Shown here: positions 24,373 through 34,151 of the stretch, piece after piece | How positions within the stretch are numbered: the stretch's first letter is position 1 | How the letters are laid out: every line of letters begins with the position of its first letter | Assembly (NCBI GenBank): GCA_002269645.1 | Contig: NIVC01001293.1 | Coordinates: 62,001-126,000, forward strand | Reading direction: 5' to 3' | DNA length: 64,000 nucleotides | DNA from: Macrostomum lignano | Lineage: Eukaryota | Made by a program: the position numbers and the translations under genes | Notes under the pieces: generated by a model | Seen by the model: only the letters and a program-made list of their open reading frames with translations | What the model was told of the DNA's origin: nothing | Database searches by the model: none

Positions 24373-26009
24373 GCGGGCCTGTATGAAAGCTACGAGCCTC
24401 GGCGAATCATCATCCGTCAAGGCCACAAGGCGCTGAGCTTCTACTTCATTCTCTCAGGCACCTGCATGGTCATGCTGATGGACCGGGAGCAAGGCTACGC
24501 CAGACCCGTCGCCTATCTGAGCCAAGGCCAAAGTTTCGGCGAGCTGGCTATCATCGAGAGAACCATTCGACAGGCCTATGTGATCAGCAGGGACACGGTT
24601 GAGCTGCTCAGTATCGACATAGAAAATTATCATGCCATATTCATGTCTAGCGGCCAGCACAGCGCCTTGGACTCGGATTTTGGCGCGTTTTTAAAAACGC
24701 TCGATTATCTAGAAGGCTTCCCGTTGGACTTGTTGAAGCCGCGGAGCGATTCCACTAGCGTGCACTTTCACTACTATAAAAATGAGGAGGTGCTGGCCAG
24801 GGACACCAATTACTCCGATTGGATCTATATTGTCAAGTCGGGCAGTCTGTCCGTGGTCAAGCGGTTTCCGCTCACTAAGCCGACAGTTTATGGCAGAGGA
24901 CAGACCGAGCGCGGCGGACCAAGTCCCGGGACCGAGGTGGGTGAGCGGAGTGAGGTGGGTGAGCGGAGTGAGGTGGGTGAGCGGAGTGAGGTGGGTGAGC
25001 GGAGTGAGGTGGGTGAGCGGAGTGAGGAGCGGAGGGAGGTGGGTGAGCGGAGTGAGGTGGATGAGCGGAGTGAGGTGGATGAGCGGAGTGAGGTGGGTGA
25101 GCGGAGTGAGGTGGGTGAGCGGAGTGAGGTGGGTGAGCGGAGTGAGGTGGGTGAGCGGAGTGAGGTGTGTGAGCGGAGTGAGGAGCGGAGTGAGGTGGGG
25201 GAGCGGAGTGAGGAGCGGAGTGAGGTAGGTGAGCGGAGTGAAATGGGTGAGCGGAGTGAGGAGCGGAGGGAGGTGGGTGAGCGGAGTGAGGTGGGTGAGC
25301 GGAGTGAGGTGGGTGAGCGGAGTGAGGTGGGTGGGTGGAGTGAGGTGGGTGAGCGGAGTGAGGTGGGTGAGCGGAGTGAGGTGGGTGAGTGGAGTGAGGT
25401 GGGTGAGCGGAGTGATGTGAGTGAGCAGTAGGAGGTGGGTTAGCGGAATGAGGTGGGCGGAGGGAGGTAGGTGAGCTGCGTGAGTCACACCGGTGACAAG
25501 CACTGTGGCCGGCAATTGCCCCGGTCCCGCAGCCCGCAGAGGTGCCGGCAGTCGAGCCGCAGGACTCGGAAGAGGACGCAACAGCGGCAGCTGCGGGACC
25601 CGGAGGTCCGGGCTTCAAAGAGTACATTCGCACTATCAAGGACGACTTTGACGCGGCCTACAAGCTGAAGCGCCAGCCTACAGATGCTTGGCCGCGCAGT
25701 CAGTTGGTTCGAGTGCAGACGCTGCTCAAAGGTCACGCATTCGGGCTCTCGCAGCTGCTCCACGGACCGCAGACCCAGTTCAGTTTGGTGAGCAACGGAG
25801 CCGAGTGTCTGATGATTGACAAGCGCTATTTTCTGGCCAAATATCCGAAGCCTGTCCGGCAGCGGCTGGCCAGGGAGGTGAGCCGCTATCCCTCCGAGGA
25901 CGACTTTCAACGAATGCTGCAGACTGCGGTGAACTGGAGGCAGTACCGGCTGGATACGCTGAAGGCCACCAGGGATGCTCTGCAGGCGGAGAGGACTTCC
26001 CGGCATTGA
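24373..26009 (+). CDS. Cyclic nucleotide-binding domain protein, CNBD2-like; 3' part only. Exons 24373-24936 and 25533-26009; upstream exons lie outside the window
   Basis: cNMP-domain motifs IIRQGHKALSFYFILSG...GQSFGELAI...R.A.V and DWIYIVKSGSLSVVK...VQTLLKGHAFGL...LVSNGAECLMI. Phase-0 intron GAG|GTGGGT (24937) to CCCGCAG|CCC (25532) joins the frames; TGA at 26007-26009. The upstream acceptor (CAACAG, 24372) is inferred from protein resemblance. Confidence 0.85.
24934..25430 (+). repeat. 18-bp minisatellite (GAGGTGGGTGAGCGGAGT)n filling the CNBD2-like intron
   Basis: More than 25 tandem units starting exactly at the splice donor. Confidence 0.95.
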
Positions 26010-26084
26010 CAATTAGAGCCTTCGGTTACTCTGCACTTCTTAATGCTTGCTGCGGTGGGAGCGAAGTTTTATAGCGCTTGTGGT

Positions 26085-26775
26085 TGGGTGCGAGGAGTGA
26101 GGTAGGTGTGAGGAGTGAGGTGAATGTGAGGAGTGAGGTGAATGTGAGGAGTGAGGTGGATGTGAGGAGTGAGGTGGATGTGAGGAGTGAGGTGGGTGTG
26201 AGGAGTGAGGTGGATGTGAGGAGTGAGGTGGATGTGAGGAGTGAGGTGGGTGTGAGGAGTGAGGTGGATGTGAGGAGTGAGGGGATGTGAGGAGTGAGGT
26301 GGGTGTGAGGAGTGGGGTGGGTGCGAGGAGTGAGGTGGGTGTGAGGAGTGAGGTGGGTGTGAGGAGTGAGGTGGGTGTGAGGAGTGGGGTGGGTGCGAGG
26401 AGTGAAGTGGGTGTGAGGAGTGAGGTGGGCGTGAGGAGTGAGGTGGATGCGAGGAGTGAGGTGGGTGTGAGGAGTGAGGTGGGTGTGAGGAGTGAGGTGG
26501 GCGTGAGGAGTGAGGTGGATGCGAGGAGTGAGGTGGATGTGAGGAGTGAGGTGGGTGTGAGGAGTGAGGTGGATGCGAGGAGTGAGGTGGATGTGAGGAG
26601 TGAGGTGGGTGTGAGGATTGAAGGTGGATGTAAGGAGTGAGGTTGGTGTGGGGAGTGAGGTTGGTGCGAGGAGTGAGGGGATGTGAGGAGTGAGGTGGGT
26701 GTGAGGAGTGAGGTGGGTGTGAGGAGTGGGTGTGATGAGTGGGTGGGTGTGAGGTGGTTGTGAGGAGCGAGGTGG
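26085..26775 (+). repeat. 18-bp minisatellite (GAGGTGGGTGTGAGGAGT)n downstream of the CNBD2-like stop codon
   Basis: Tandem units closely related to the 24934-25430 array. Confidence 0.95.
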
Positions 26776-27346
26776 GCAAGGTATTAGTGATAAAACGCCA
26801 AAAGTTTTTAAGTATTAAGATACGAGCGTATTTTACTCATATTCCACTTTATACGATATGTCGTGTAGTAAATGAAAGCAAAATAAAACGTACGAAAAAA
26901 AGTTTTTTTTCACCTCGATTGTAAATATAAGAATTGTCTCCAATTATTTCCTTTTTTTACTGTAACTAACCAGATAATTATATGTAGAAAAATATCTGCG
27001 TGGGCGGTTGGGGATCTGCGTAGGCGTTACTGTAGTAAAAAAGTACTACATATGAAATGGAAAATCATTGCTACGTTTAAATGGACAGCAAGCGGAACAA
27101 TATAAAAAACGGTTGAACATGCTGAGTCAGACAGCAATTGAATGCAGCTAACATTGGGCGTCAATAGCCTACGTGAGAAACAATGAACTCAAAGCGTTTA
27201 AGCCGCAAAAGTCTGTGTACATTGCCTGTGAAAGTTTCCCATGAAGTAGCAAACCTTTTCTTTTCAACCCAGAATTACTCACTTGAGTCATTCGTAGGCA
27301 GTATCGTTGCTTTTAGCGCTCTCTTAATCAGCTTGAAACTGGATAG

Positions 27347-30123
27347 ATGGCTGGGCCTTTCAGCGCCGGGTTGTTCTCGTTTGGCGCCAGCCAGACAGCC
27401 AGTTACAGACTCGTGTTCGTTGGGAAGCAGGTGAGGCCTTGTAGGGAATCACTGTAAAGTGGGTATGGAGAATCAGTAAGGAATCTATAGACAATTTAGA
27501 AATTTTAAGGGAATCAGTAGGGAAATGTTTATAGAATCAGTGGGGAATCTTTAAGGAATCAGTTAGGAATCTTAAGGGAATCTAGTAGGGAATTAGTAAG
27601 GAATCAGTGGGGAATCAGTAGCGAATCACTAGGGAATCAGTGGGGAATTAGTAAGGAATCAGTAGGGAATCTTTAAGGAATCAGTGGGGAATCAGTAGGT
27701 AATCAGTAGGGAATCAGTAGGGAATAATTAGGGAATCAGTGGGGAATCTTTAGGGAATCTCTCTAGGGAATATGAGCGTCGATATTTAGAGAACCTGCAG
27801 ATCCCAGATAAATTACGTACATGTCAGCTGTAACGTACGGACCAGTATGAAAAGTTCACTTCTCGAATTCCGCAGGCCCTCAACCGCCACACCAACACGG
27901 GCTTCGGCAGTCTGCAGCAGGCACTTCGCGAGCTGTACTTTGCTCACCTGAGCCTTGCTGTAGCGAACGGCGGGGTGGCGCCAACAGATTCTGGAGACCG
28001 CATCTGCGAGAAGACGCTCAGCTTTCAGGAGTAAGCAGGGGTTGTGGCTGGGGCTGAGACTGGGGCTGGAGCTGGGGCTGGGGCTGGGGCTGGAGCTGGG
28101 GCTGGAGCTGGGGCTCGAGCTGGGGCTGGGGCTGAGACTGGGCTGGGGCTGGGGCTGGGGCTGAGACTGGGGCTGGGGCTGGGGCTGGGGCTGGGGCTGA
28201 GGCTGGGGCTGGGGCTGAGACTGGGGCTGGGGCTGGGGCTGGGCTGAGACTGGGGCTGGGGCTGGGCTGAGACTGGGGCTGGGGCTGGGCTGGGGCTGAG
28301 ACTGGGGCTGGGGCTGGGGCTGGGGCTGGGGCTGGGGCTGAGACTGGGGCTGGGGCTGGGGCTGGGGCTGAGACTGGGGCTGGGGCTGGGCTGGGGCTGA
28401 GACTGGGGCTGGGGCTGGGGCTGGGGCTGAGACTATAGGGCTGTGACTAGGGCTTAAGGTTGGGGTTGGGTTGGGCTTGCGTTTAGGGTCAGTGATTTTT
28501 TGTAGAAATCTAGTTTGCCTTCAATTCGAATTAGAATAACGTAAAAGAATACATTGTAGAAAAATATAATTAGAGAGAGAGTTTCGAAAATGTTGAAGAT
28601 TTTTTGTTTGCTGTCTTCTGTGGGATCCTTTCTCCTCTCTCCCCTTTCTCTCTCTCTTCCCTCTCCCCCCTCTCTATCTGTGTCAGGAGTTCTCATCCCA
28701 ACTGTATCCTGAGTTCTCATCCCAACTGTGTCCTGAGTTCTCATCCCAACTGTTTCCTGAGTTCTCATCCCAACTGTATCCTGAGTTCTCATCCCAACTG
28801 TATCCTGAGTTCTCATCCCAACTGTCCTGAGTTCTCATCCCAACTGTATCCTGAGTTCTCATCCCAACTGTATCCTGAGTTCTCATCCCAACTATGTCCT
28901 GAGTTCTCATCCCAACTGTGTCTTGAGTTCTCATCCCAACTGTGTCCTGAGTTCTCATCCCAATTGTTTCCTCAGTTTCAGCGTACGTATTCGAGTGAGC
29001 AGGTGCTCAGTGGATCTATATTATATATAAGGAGAACTCTCTTTCAGAACCAAATTGGCCTCGCACAAGACGCACATTCTCCTCTTTCAGATCCGGAGTC
29101 AGCTTTCGCTACTGGGACCCGAGAGCCAGGCAGTTCCAGCAGGACTTCTACCCGTACGAGGGCGTCACCAGCATAGACTTGGTCCATTTTCACACAGTCA
29201 AAGGCCGCAGACGCCGGTTCGGCTACTTCCGGCGACACTGCGACGCCGCCGATGTCATCCCGGACACGGTGCTCATCCCGCTGCGCCGGCGGCAGTACCG
29301 GCAGCTCAGGAAACTGCGGCACCAGCCCATACTATGCATTGTCACTAGGCGACCGTACGGCGTCCAGTTTCTTGAGTGTCAGCTGTTTTTGACCGACACT
29401 GAAGATACCGGACTGTCATTTGTTGAAGAGTTCGACGTCAGAAGTCAGGCCAAGCGTCTGCAGAAGCAGCAGCAACAGCTACAACCGCTGCGCTTCAATC
29501 CCTGGTACGACAAAAGCCATTGGGCCTCGCAACCGACTCTGTTCCAGTCCAATCAGACTCTGGTCAGTGACGCGTCCGAATCGACAGCGGGTCTGACGCC
29601 GAATTCCACCGCCGATTCGAGCCGCCTGCTGCTCATGCGGCAGCCGCTGCCGAGGCCCAAGGAGGCGCTCATCGAACGCTATAGAGAGCTGCAACCGTTG
29701 AACTTGGCCTCCGAGTACAGCTTGGATGAACTCGACGACAAGCAGTCGGTCGAAGAGCGGCCACCACCGCTGCCGCCCAGGAATCGACAGCGACTGTCAG
29801 CACCGCCAGCTGGCGGAGTCCGAGTGCTGCCCAGCGGCCCACCGCCGCTTGCGTCCGCAGTTCTGCGCCATGAACATAGCCAAGAAATCAGCGGCCCTGT
29901 GCATGGTGGCAACTACATTTACAGCCGCAAAACTGATCATAGAAATGATCAAAGAAATGGAAATCAATACGGCAATAGTCCGTTCAGTGCTAAGGCACGC
30001 GTGAAACAACAATCGCTAGGATTTGTTGGACTGCAGGATCCCGAACTCAGCAGTTTAAGTAACAATAAAGGACTGGGAAGCGATGAGGTTGACTTCGGCA
30101 CAGCGCTTGGTTATCTTCCGTGA
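27347..30123 (+). CDS. PTB/PID-like domain protein with Pro-rich tail, 423 aa. Exons 27347-27430, 27876-28030, 29091-30123
   Basis: Canonical GT-AG introns with compatible phases (0 and 2) give a continuous 1,272-nt ORF. The N-terminus YRLVFVGKQ...GFGSLQQALRELY and later ILCIVTRR...LECQLF follow the PTB pattern. The tail has NPWY and PPPLPPRNR. Confidence 0.72.
27470..27770 (+). repeat. Degenerate ~12-13 bp minisatellite (GGGAATCAGTA-like) in PTB-gene intron 1
   Basis: Repeated GGGAATC core throughout the intron. Confidence 0.85.
28045..28435 (+). repeat. (GGGGCT)n hexamer array with GAGACT variants in PTB-gene intron 2
   Basis: Directly visible hexamer tandem repeat. Confidence 0.95.
28687..28975 (+). 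repeat. 24-bp minisatellite (GAGTTCTCATCCCAACTGTATCCT)n in PTB-gene intron 2
   Basis: About 12 tandem units, period 24. Confidence 0.95.
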
Positions 30124-30186
30124 TTTCTGTTCTACGAGTACATAAAAATAGCACCGAAAACGTACATGCAACACCCACCCACCTCA

Positions 30187-30700
30187 TTTTTCTACCCCTG
30201 AACCGCGCTAATGGAGCTGTCTGTTGCCTGTGATTGGTTGACCGTTAATTTGGGGCTAATTTCTCTGTTTTGTATCTTCAGAACCAGCCTAGAGAGCACG
30301 TGCACGCCGTCCTAGCGTGACTGACCCAATAGGCACCCACTCCAGCTTTCTACCCCTATGCCACGCGTGGGAGATACTCGTACATGTAGAAGTAAAAGTA
30401 GATTGACCTTGATGAGGCGTGTGATTGGCTGGTCGTTATTTGGGGGCTAGTTGTCTAGACATCAGCCATAGTTTTCTACCCCTCCATCCCGAGCTGAGAT
30501 CAAATGTACGCTCGTAGATTGACCTTGACCACGGCCTTTGATTGGCTGGCCGCAAAGAGATTGTTTCTCTGCTCATTTCTCTACCCCCACGCGTTCAAAG
30601 ACAGCCACCCCAGTTTTTTTTACCCCATGCTGCGCGAGTGTCGAGTGACAAAACGGGCGCTTTTTGACCTTGGCGGCGGCCTGTGATTGGCTGGCCCTTA
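30187..30700. promoter_or_regulatory. Four diverged ~120-150 bp modules sharing TTCTACCCC ... TGACCTTG ... TGATTGGCTGG motifs; putative regulatory cluster or old repeat
   Basis: TGATTGG at 30231, 30422, 30539 and 30684. TGACCTTG lies 18-19 bp upstream in the last three copies. Function is inferred only. Confidence 0.4.
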
Positions 30701-31777
30701 ATCGGGACTTGTTCTTTATTTAATTATCTTTTGAATCAATGCTCCATTCATCGCTGTACACACATTATTGAAAAGCAGTTCCAGTCAGTTTGATGAGTAC
30801 CCGTTCATTTTGTCTACAAATAAAACATATAGCAAACCAATACGGGGCGCCAGTTTTGATATACACACTTGATTTTAATTGAAATATCCCTGATTTACTA
30901 CTTTTGAAAAATAAATTTGGTCAATCACAAGGACTGAATCATTTGCTAAAAAGCTTAGCGGAAAAATTTCCAACCCAAATTGACAGGGACAAATAAGTAA
31001 GTGCATTATTTTCATAATATATTTATATATTAGGTATTCTCGGTTGTCATGCGCAACTATTAGCTACAGAAGAGAAATAGCAACACTGAAAATTTAACCG
31101 GACTGGCAAATAACAACAGATTTGGAAATAAATTTCAATCGAGAGTAACAAACACAACACTAGTTGAAGCAAGGCAGAGAGGAAAAGTACATATAGTTTA
31201 TATGCAAATAAAATCTGTGCAAGCTCAAATTCCAATTCATAAGCAACGTAATTATAAGTATAATTATCATTTTACCAGAATCATTTACGTATCTAATATT
31301 GCAATCAATTGTAGGCTATGTGAAAGTGATTAAAATAAAAATCTGGAATAGGCAAATCACAAACAAGTTCCGGGTTTAAATTAAAGCTAAACAAAATAAG
31401 CAAAACAAAAGCAGGCAAATGAGAAAGTTACGATAGTAAAAATGTTAAGTAAATTTAAAACAAATATTATGTATAGTTATTAAATATTTTTATTACATAT
31501 CCAACCAAAGGAAACAAAAGCGGTGCAAGTGAATTAAAAATAAACAGGAAACTATGCATGATTATATGAAGACCTAACATTGAAAGCAAGCAATGGTGGT
31601 GTGAACTGTTGTTAAAGCAGAGTTGATTTAATCGAATTAAATTCACTTTATAAATGTGGATACAAGTAGGAAACACAAAACAGACTATTTGAGAAGTGAT
31701 CAAGAGACAGGGCAGGGAGAGAAAGTCACTCAGGGATTATCGAAGCTCAGGCCCTGTTGTGTTAGAGGCATCGGTGG

Positions 31778-33173
31778 TTAAGCAAAGAAGGCGGCAACCT
31801 TTGCGCCATCCTGACAGTCGTCACCATTCAGCTCGCGGCCCTGAATTTGAGGTGGGTGACTGTGCGTACATTGGGCTGGGGTAAGGGGTGTGTACATTGG
31901 GCTGGGGTAAGGGGTGTGTATTGGGCTGGGGTAAGGGTGTGCGTACATTGGGCTGGGGTAAGGGGGTGTGTACATTGGGCTGGGGTAAGGGGGTGTGTAC
32001 ATTGGGCTGGGGTAAGGGGGTGTGTACATTGGGCTGGGGTAAGGGGGTGTGTACATTGGGCTGGGGTAAGGGTGTGTACATTGGGCTGGGCTAAGGGGGT
32101 GTGTACATTGGGCTGGGGTAAGGGTGTGTACATTGGGCTGGGGTAAGGGGGTGTGTACATTGGGCTGGGCTAAGGGGTCTGGTACATTGGGCTGGGGTAA
32201 GGGGTGTATACATTGGGTGTACAGAGTGTGTCAGATTGTGCACATTGGTTGGGGAGGGGTCAGAGTGTGTGCATTGGTTGGGGAGGGGTCAGAGTGTGTC
32301 CATTGGTTGGAGAGGGGTCAGAGTGTGTACATTGGTTGGGGAGGGGTCTCAGAGTGTGTACATTGGTTTGGGGAGGGGTCAGAGTGTGTACATTGGTTTG
32401 GGGAGGGGTCAGAGTGTGTACATTGGTTTGGGGAGGGGTCAGAGTGTGCACATTGGTTTGGGGAGGGGTCAGAGTGTGTACATTGGTTTGGGGAGGGGTC
32501 AGAATGTGTACATTTGTTTGGGGAGGGGTCAGAGTGTGTAAATTGATTTGGGGGAGAGGTCAGAGTGTGTACATTGGTTTGGGGAGGGGTCAGAGTGTGT
32601 GCATTGGTTTGGGGAGGGGTCAGAGTGTGTACATTGGTTTGGAGAGGGATCAGAATGTGTACATTGGTTTGGGGTGGGTCAAATGCCTGGTTCAGGATTG
32701 AGAGATTGGGGACTGAAGTTGCAAAGGTGAAAATTAAATTATTCTAGAATAAAACAAACGAAAGAACCAATAAAAACTGGTTGAATATCGATTAGGTGTT
32801 CAAATTGTCGATTTGCCCTAAACTTTGAAATAAATTCCTACTAGCGAGCACTTACCGATTTCATTTCAAACAGCGTAGGCACCCCAGTGACTTTGGCCTC
32901 GTCCAGGTGTCGGAACGGACAGTCGGGACTTTTCCAGCCGGGCCGATCTCCAACATCCACGGCTAGAAAGGCGACATCGTCGCCGAGGCCTTTGACGGCG
33001 GCTTCGATGTGCGGCTCGGAGTTACGGCAGTCCGGACACCAGCTGTCACCAGTGTCTGGATCAGTTCCGGCCATGAATAGGACAAAGACCCGGGACAAAG
33101 ACTGATCAGCTTTCAATTCGGCGTAGTGAGATTTGAAATCTGCTACAGTGTTGGTGATGAGTTCGCGAACCAT
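31778..33173 (-). CDS. TXNDC17: Thioredoxin domain-containing protein 17 (TRP14), 126 aa. Exons 33173-32856 and 31840-31778
   Basis: WCPDC active site, VGDRPGWKSPDCPFR and VTGVPTL. Donor TCG|GTAAGT and acceptor TTCAG|GGC, phase 0, give the C-terminus GRELNGDDCQDGAKVAAFFA*. Confidence 0.93.
31860..32680. repeat. Two adjacent related minisatellites (~27 bp and 30 bp, shared GTGTACATTGG core) in the TXNDC17 intron
   Basis: Periods of 27 (31971/31998) and 30 (32351/32381) read directly. Confidence 0.95.
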
Positions 33174-33394
33174 GGCTTGCTTGAAAAGTGGACTGAAATC
33201 TTTAATATGACATAGTGTGGTTGCAGTAGACTACTTGAAGTAGCCTGGTTGGTGAGTGAGCCTTTTTTAGGCAAGCAGAATTTTTAAAGCATCAACTAAA
33301 TAATATCCTAATTTATTGAATAATTAGGGCAGACAATCAATACCAACAATTTATTAAAGTCGTTTTTCAATACATTATAGTAGCCACTCCCAAC

Positions 33395-34151
33395 TAGGGT
33401 GTTTGGGTTTCCATTTTTTGGGTTTGGGGTAGAACCTGAACCCAAAGCTCTAACCCCAAACCCAACCCGAACACCCTACCCAAACCCTAACCCAACCCAG
33501 ACCCAAAACTTTACCCAACCTAACCCCGAAATTCTCCCTGAAAAAAAACATCAATACTCAATCAGAATAAAAAAAGTTGCATTATTTTTCATATTTTTTA
33601 AGTGCGCTTAGAAAGTAACACTGTCAAGACACTGCAAAAGGGTTATATTATCTGCTTTTCTTCAAGGGCTCTACATTCTCTAACATTCAAGGCTTCATCT
33701 CACCATAAGTCATAACCTGAATCACTAACTTTTTCAAAGGAATAAAGGTGAGAAAAAACAAGTTTTCTATTTTTTTGACTCAATTCTATTCAACAAAATC
33801 TTTTTCTCCAAAGATGGTATCATATTGTTTCATATTGGCTTTACATTTTTATTTAGCACTGCCTCTCTTTGATTCTCTCACTCACTAATAATAATAGACT
33901 CTATATACCTATATAAGTAAATATATGTGAAAAACCCTGGAAATACTCAGTTTATGCTTAATTTTGTTTCAACTTGTAAAAATATAAAAACCCAAAAATC
34001 CCAAACCCAGTACCAAAACCCAATCCAAAACCCAAACCTGAACACATTACCCCAAACCCTGAACCCGACCCAAATGCTTACCCCAAACCCTGAGCCTGGT
34101 ACCAAAACCTAACCCAAAACCCAACCCAACCCTGAACCCTGAACACCCCTA
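33395..34151. mobile_element. Non-autonomous hAT-type MITE, 757 bp
   Basis: Termini TAGGG(G)TGTT...AACACCCCTA, subterminal AACCC repeats, and a perfect 8-bp TSD CTCCCAAC (33387-33394 and 34152-34159). Confidence 0.85.

Noticed and set aside
24937-25431. (EVGERS)n as part of the CNBD protein, as in the 487-aa ORF
   Set aside because: It ends in a stop and splits the second cNMP domain. Removing it as a GT-AG phase-0 intron restores the domain.
28455-28495. Telomere-like GGGGTT/TTAGGG words (also the AACCCT-rich arms at 33,400-34,150)
   Set aside because: There are only 1-3 imperfect units. The latter are subterminal repeats of a TSD-flanked MITE.
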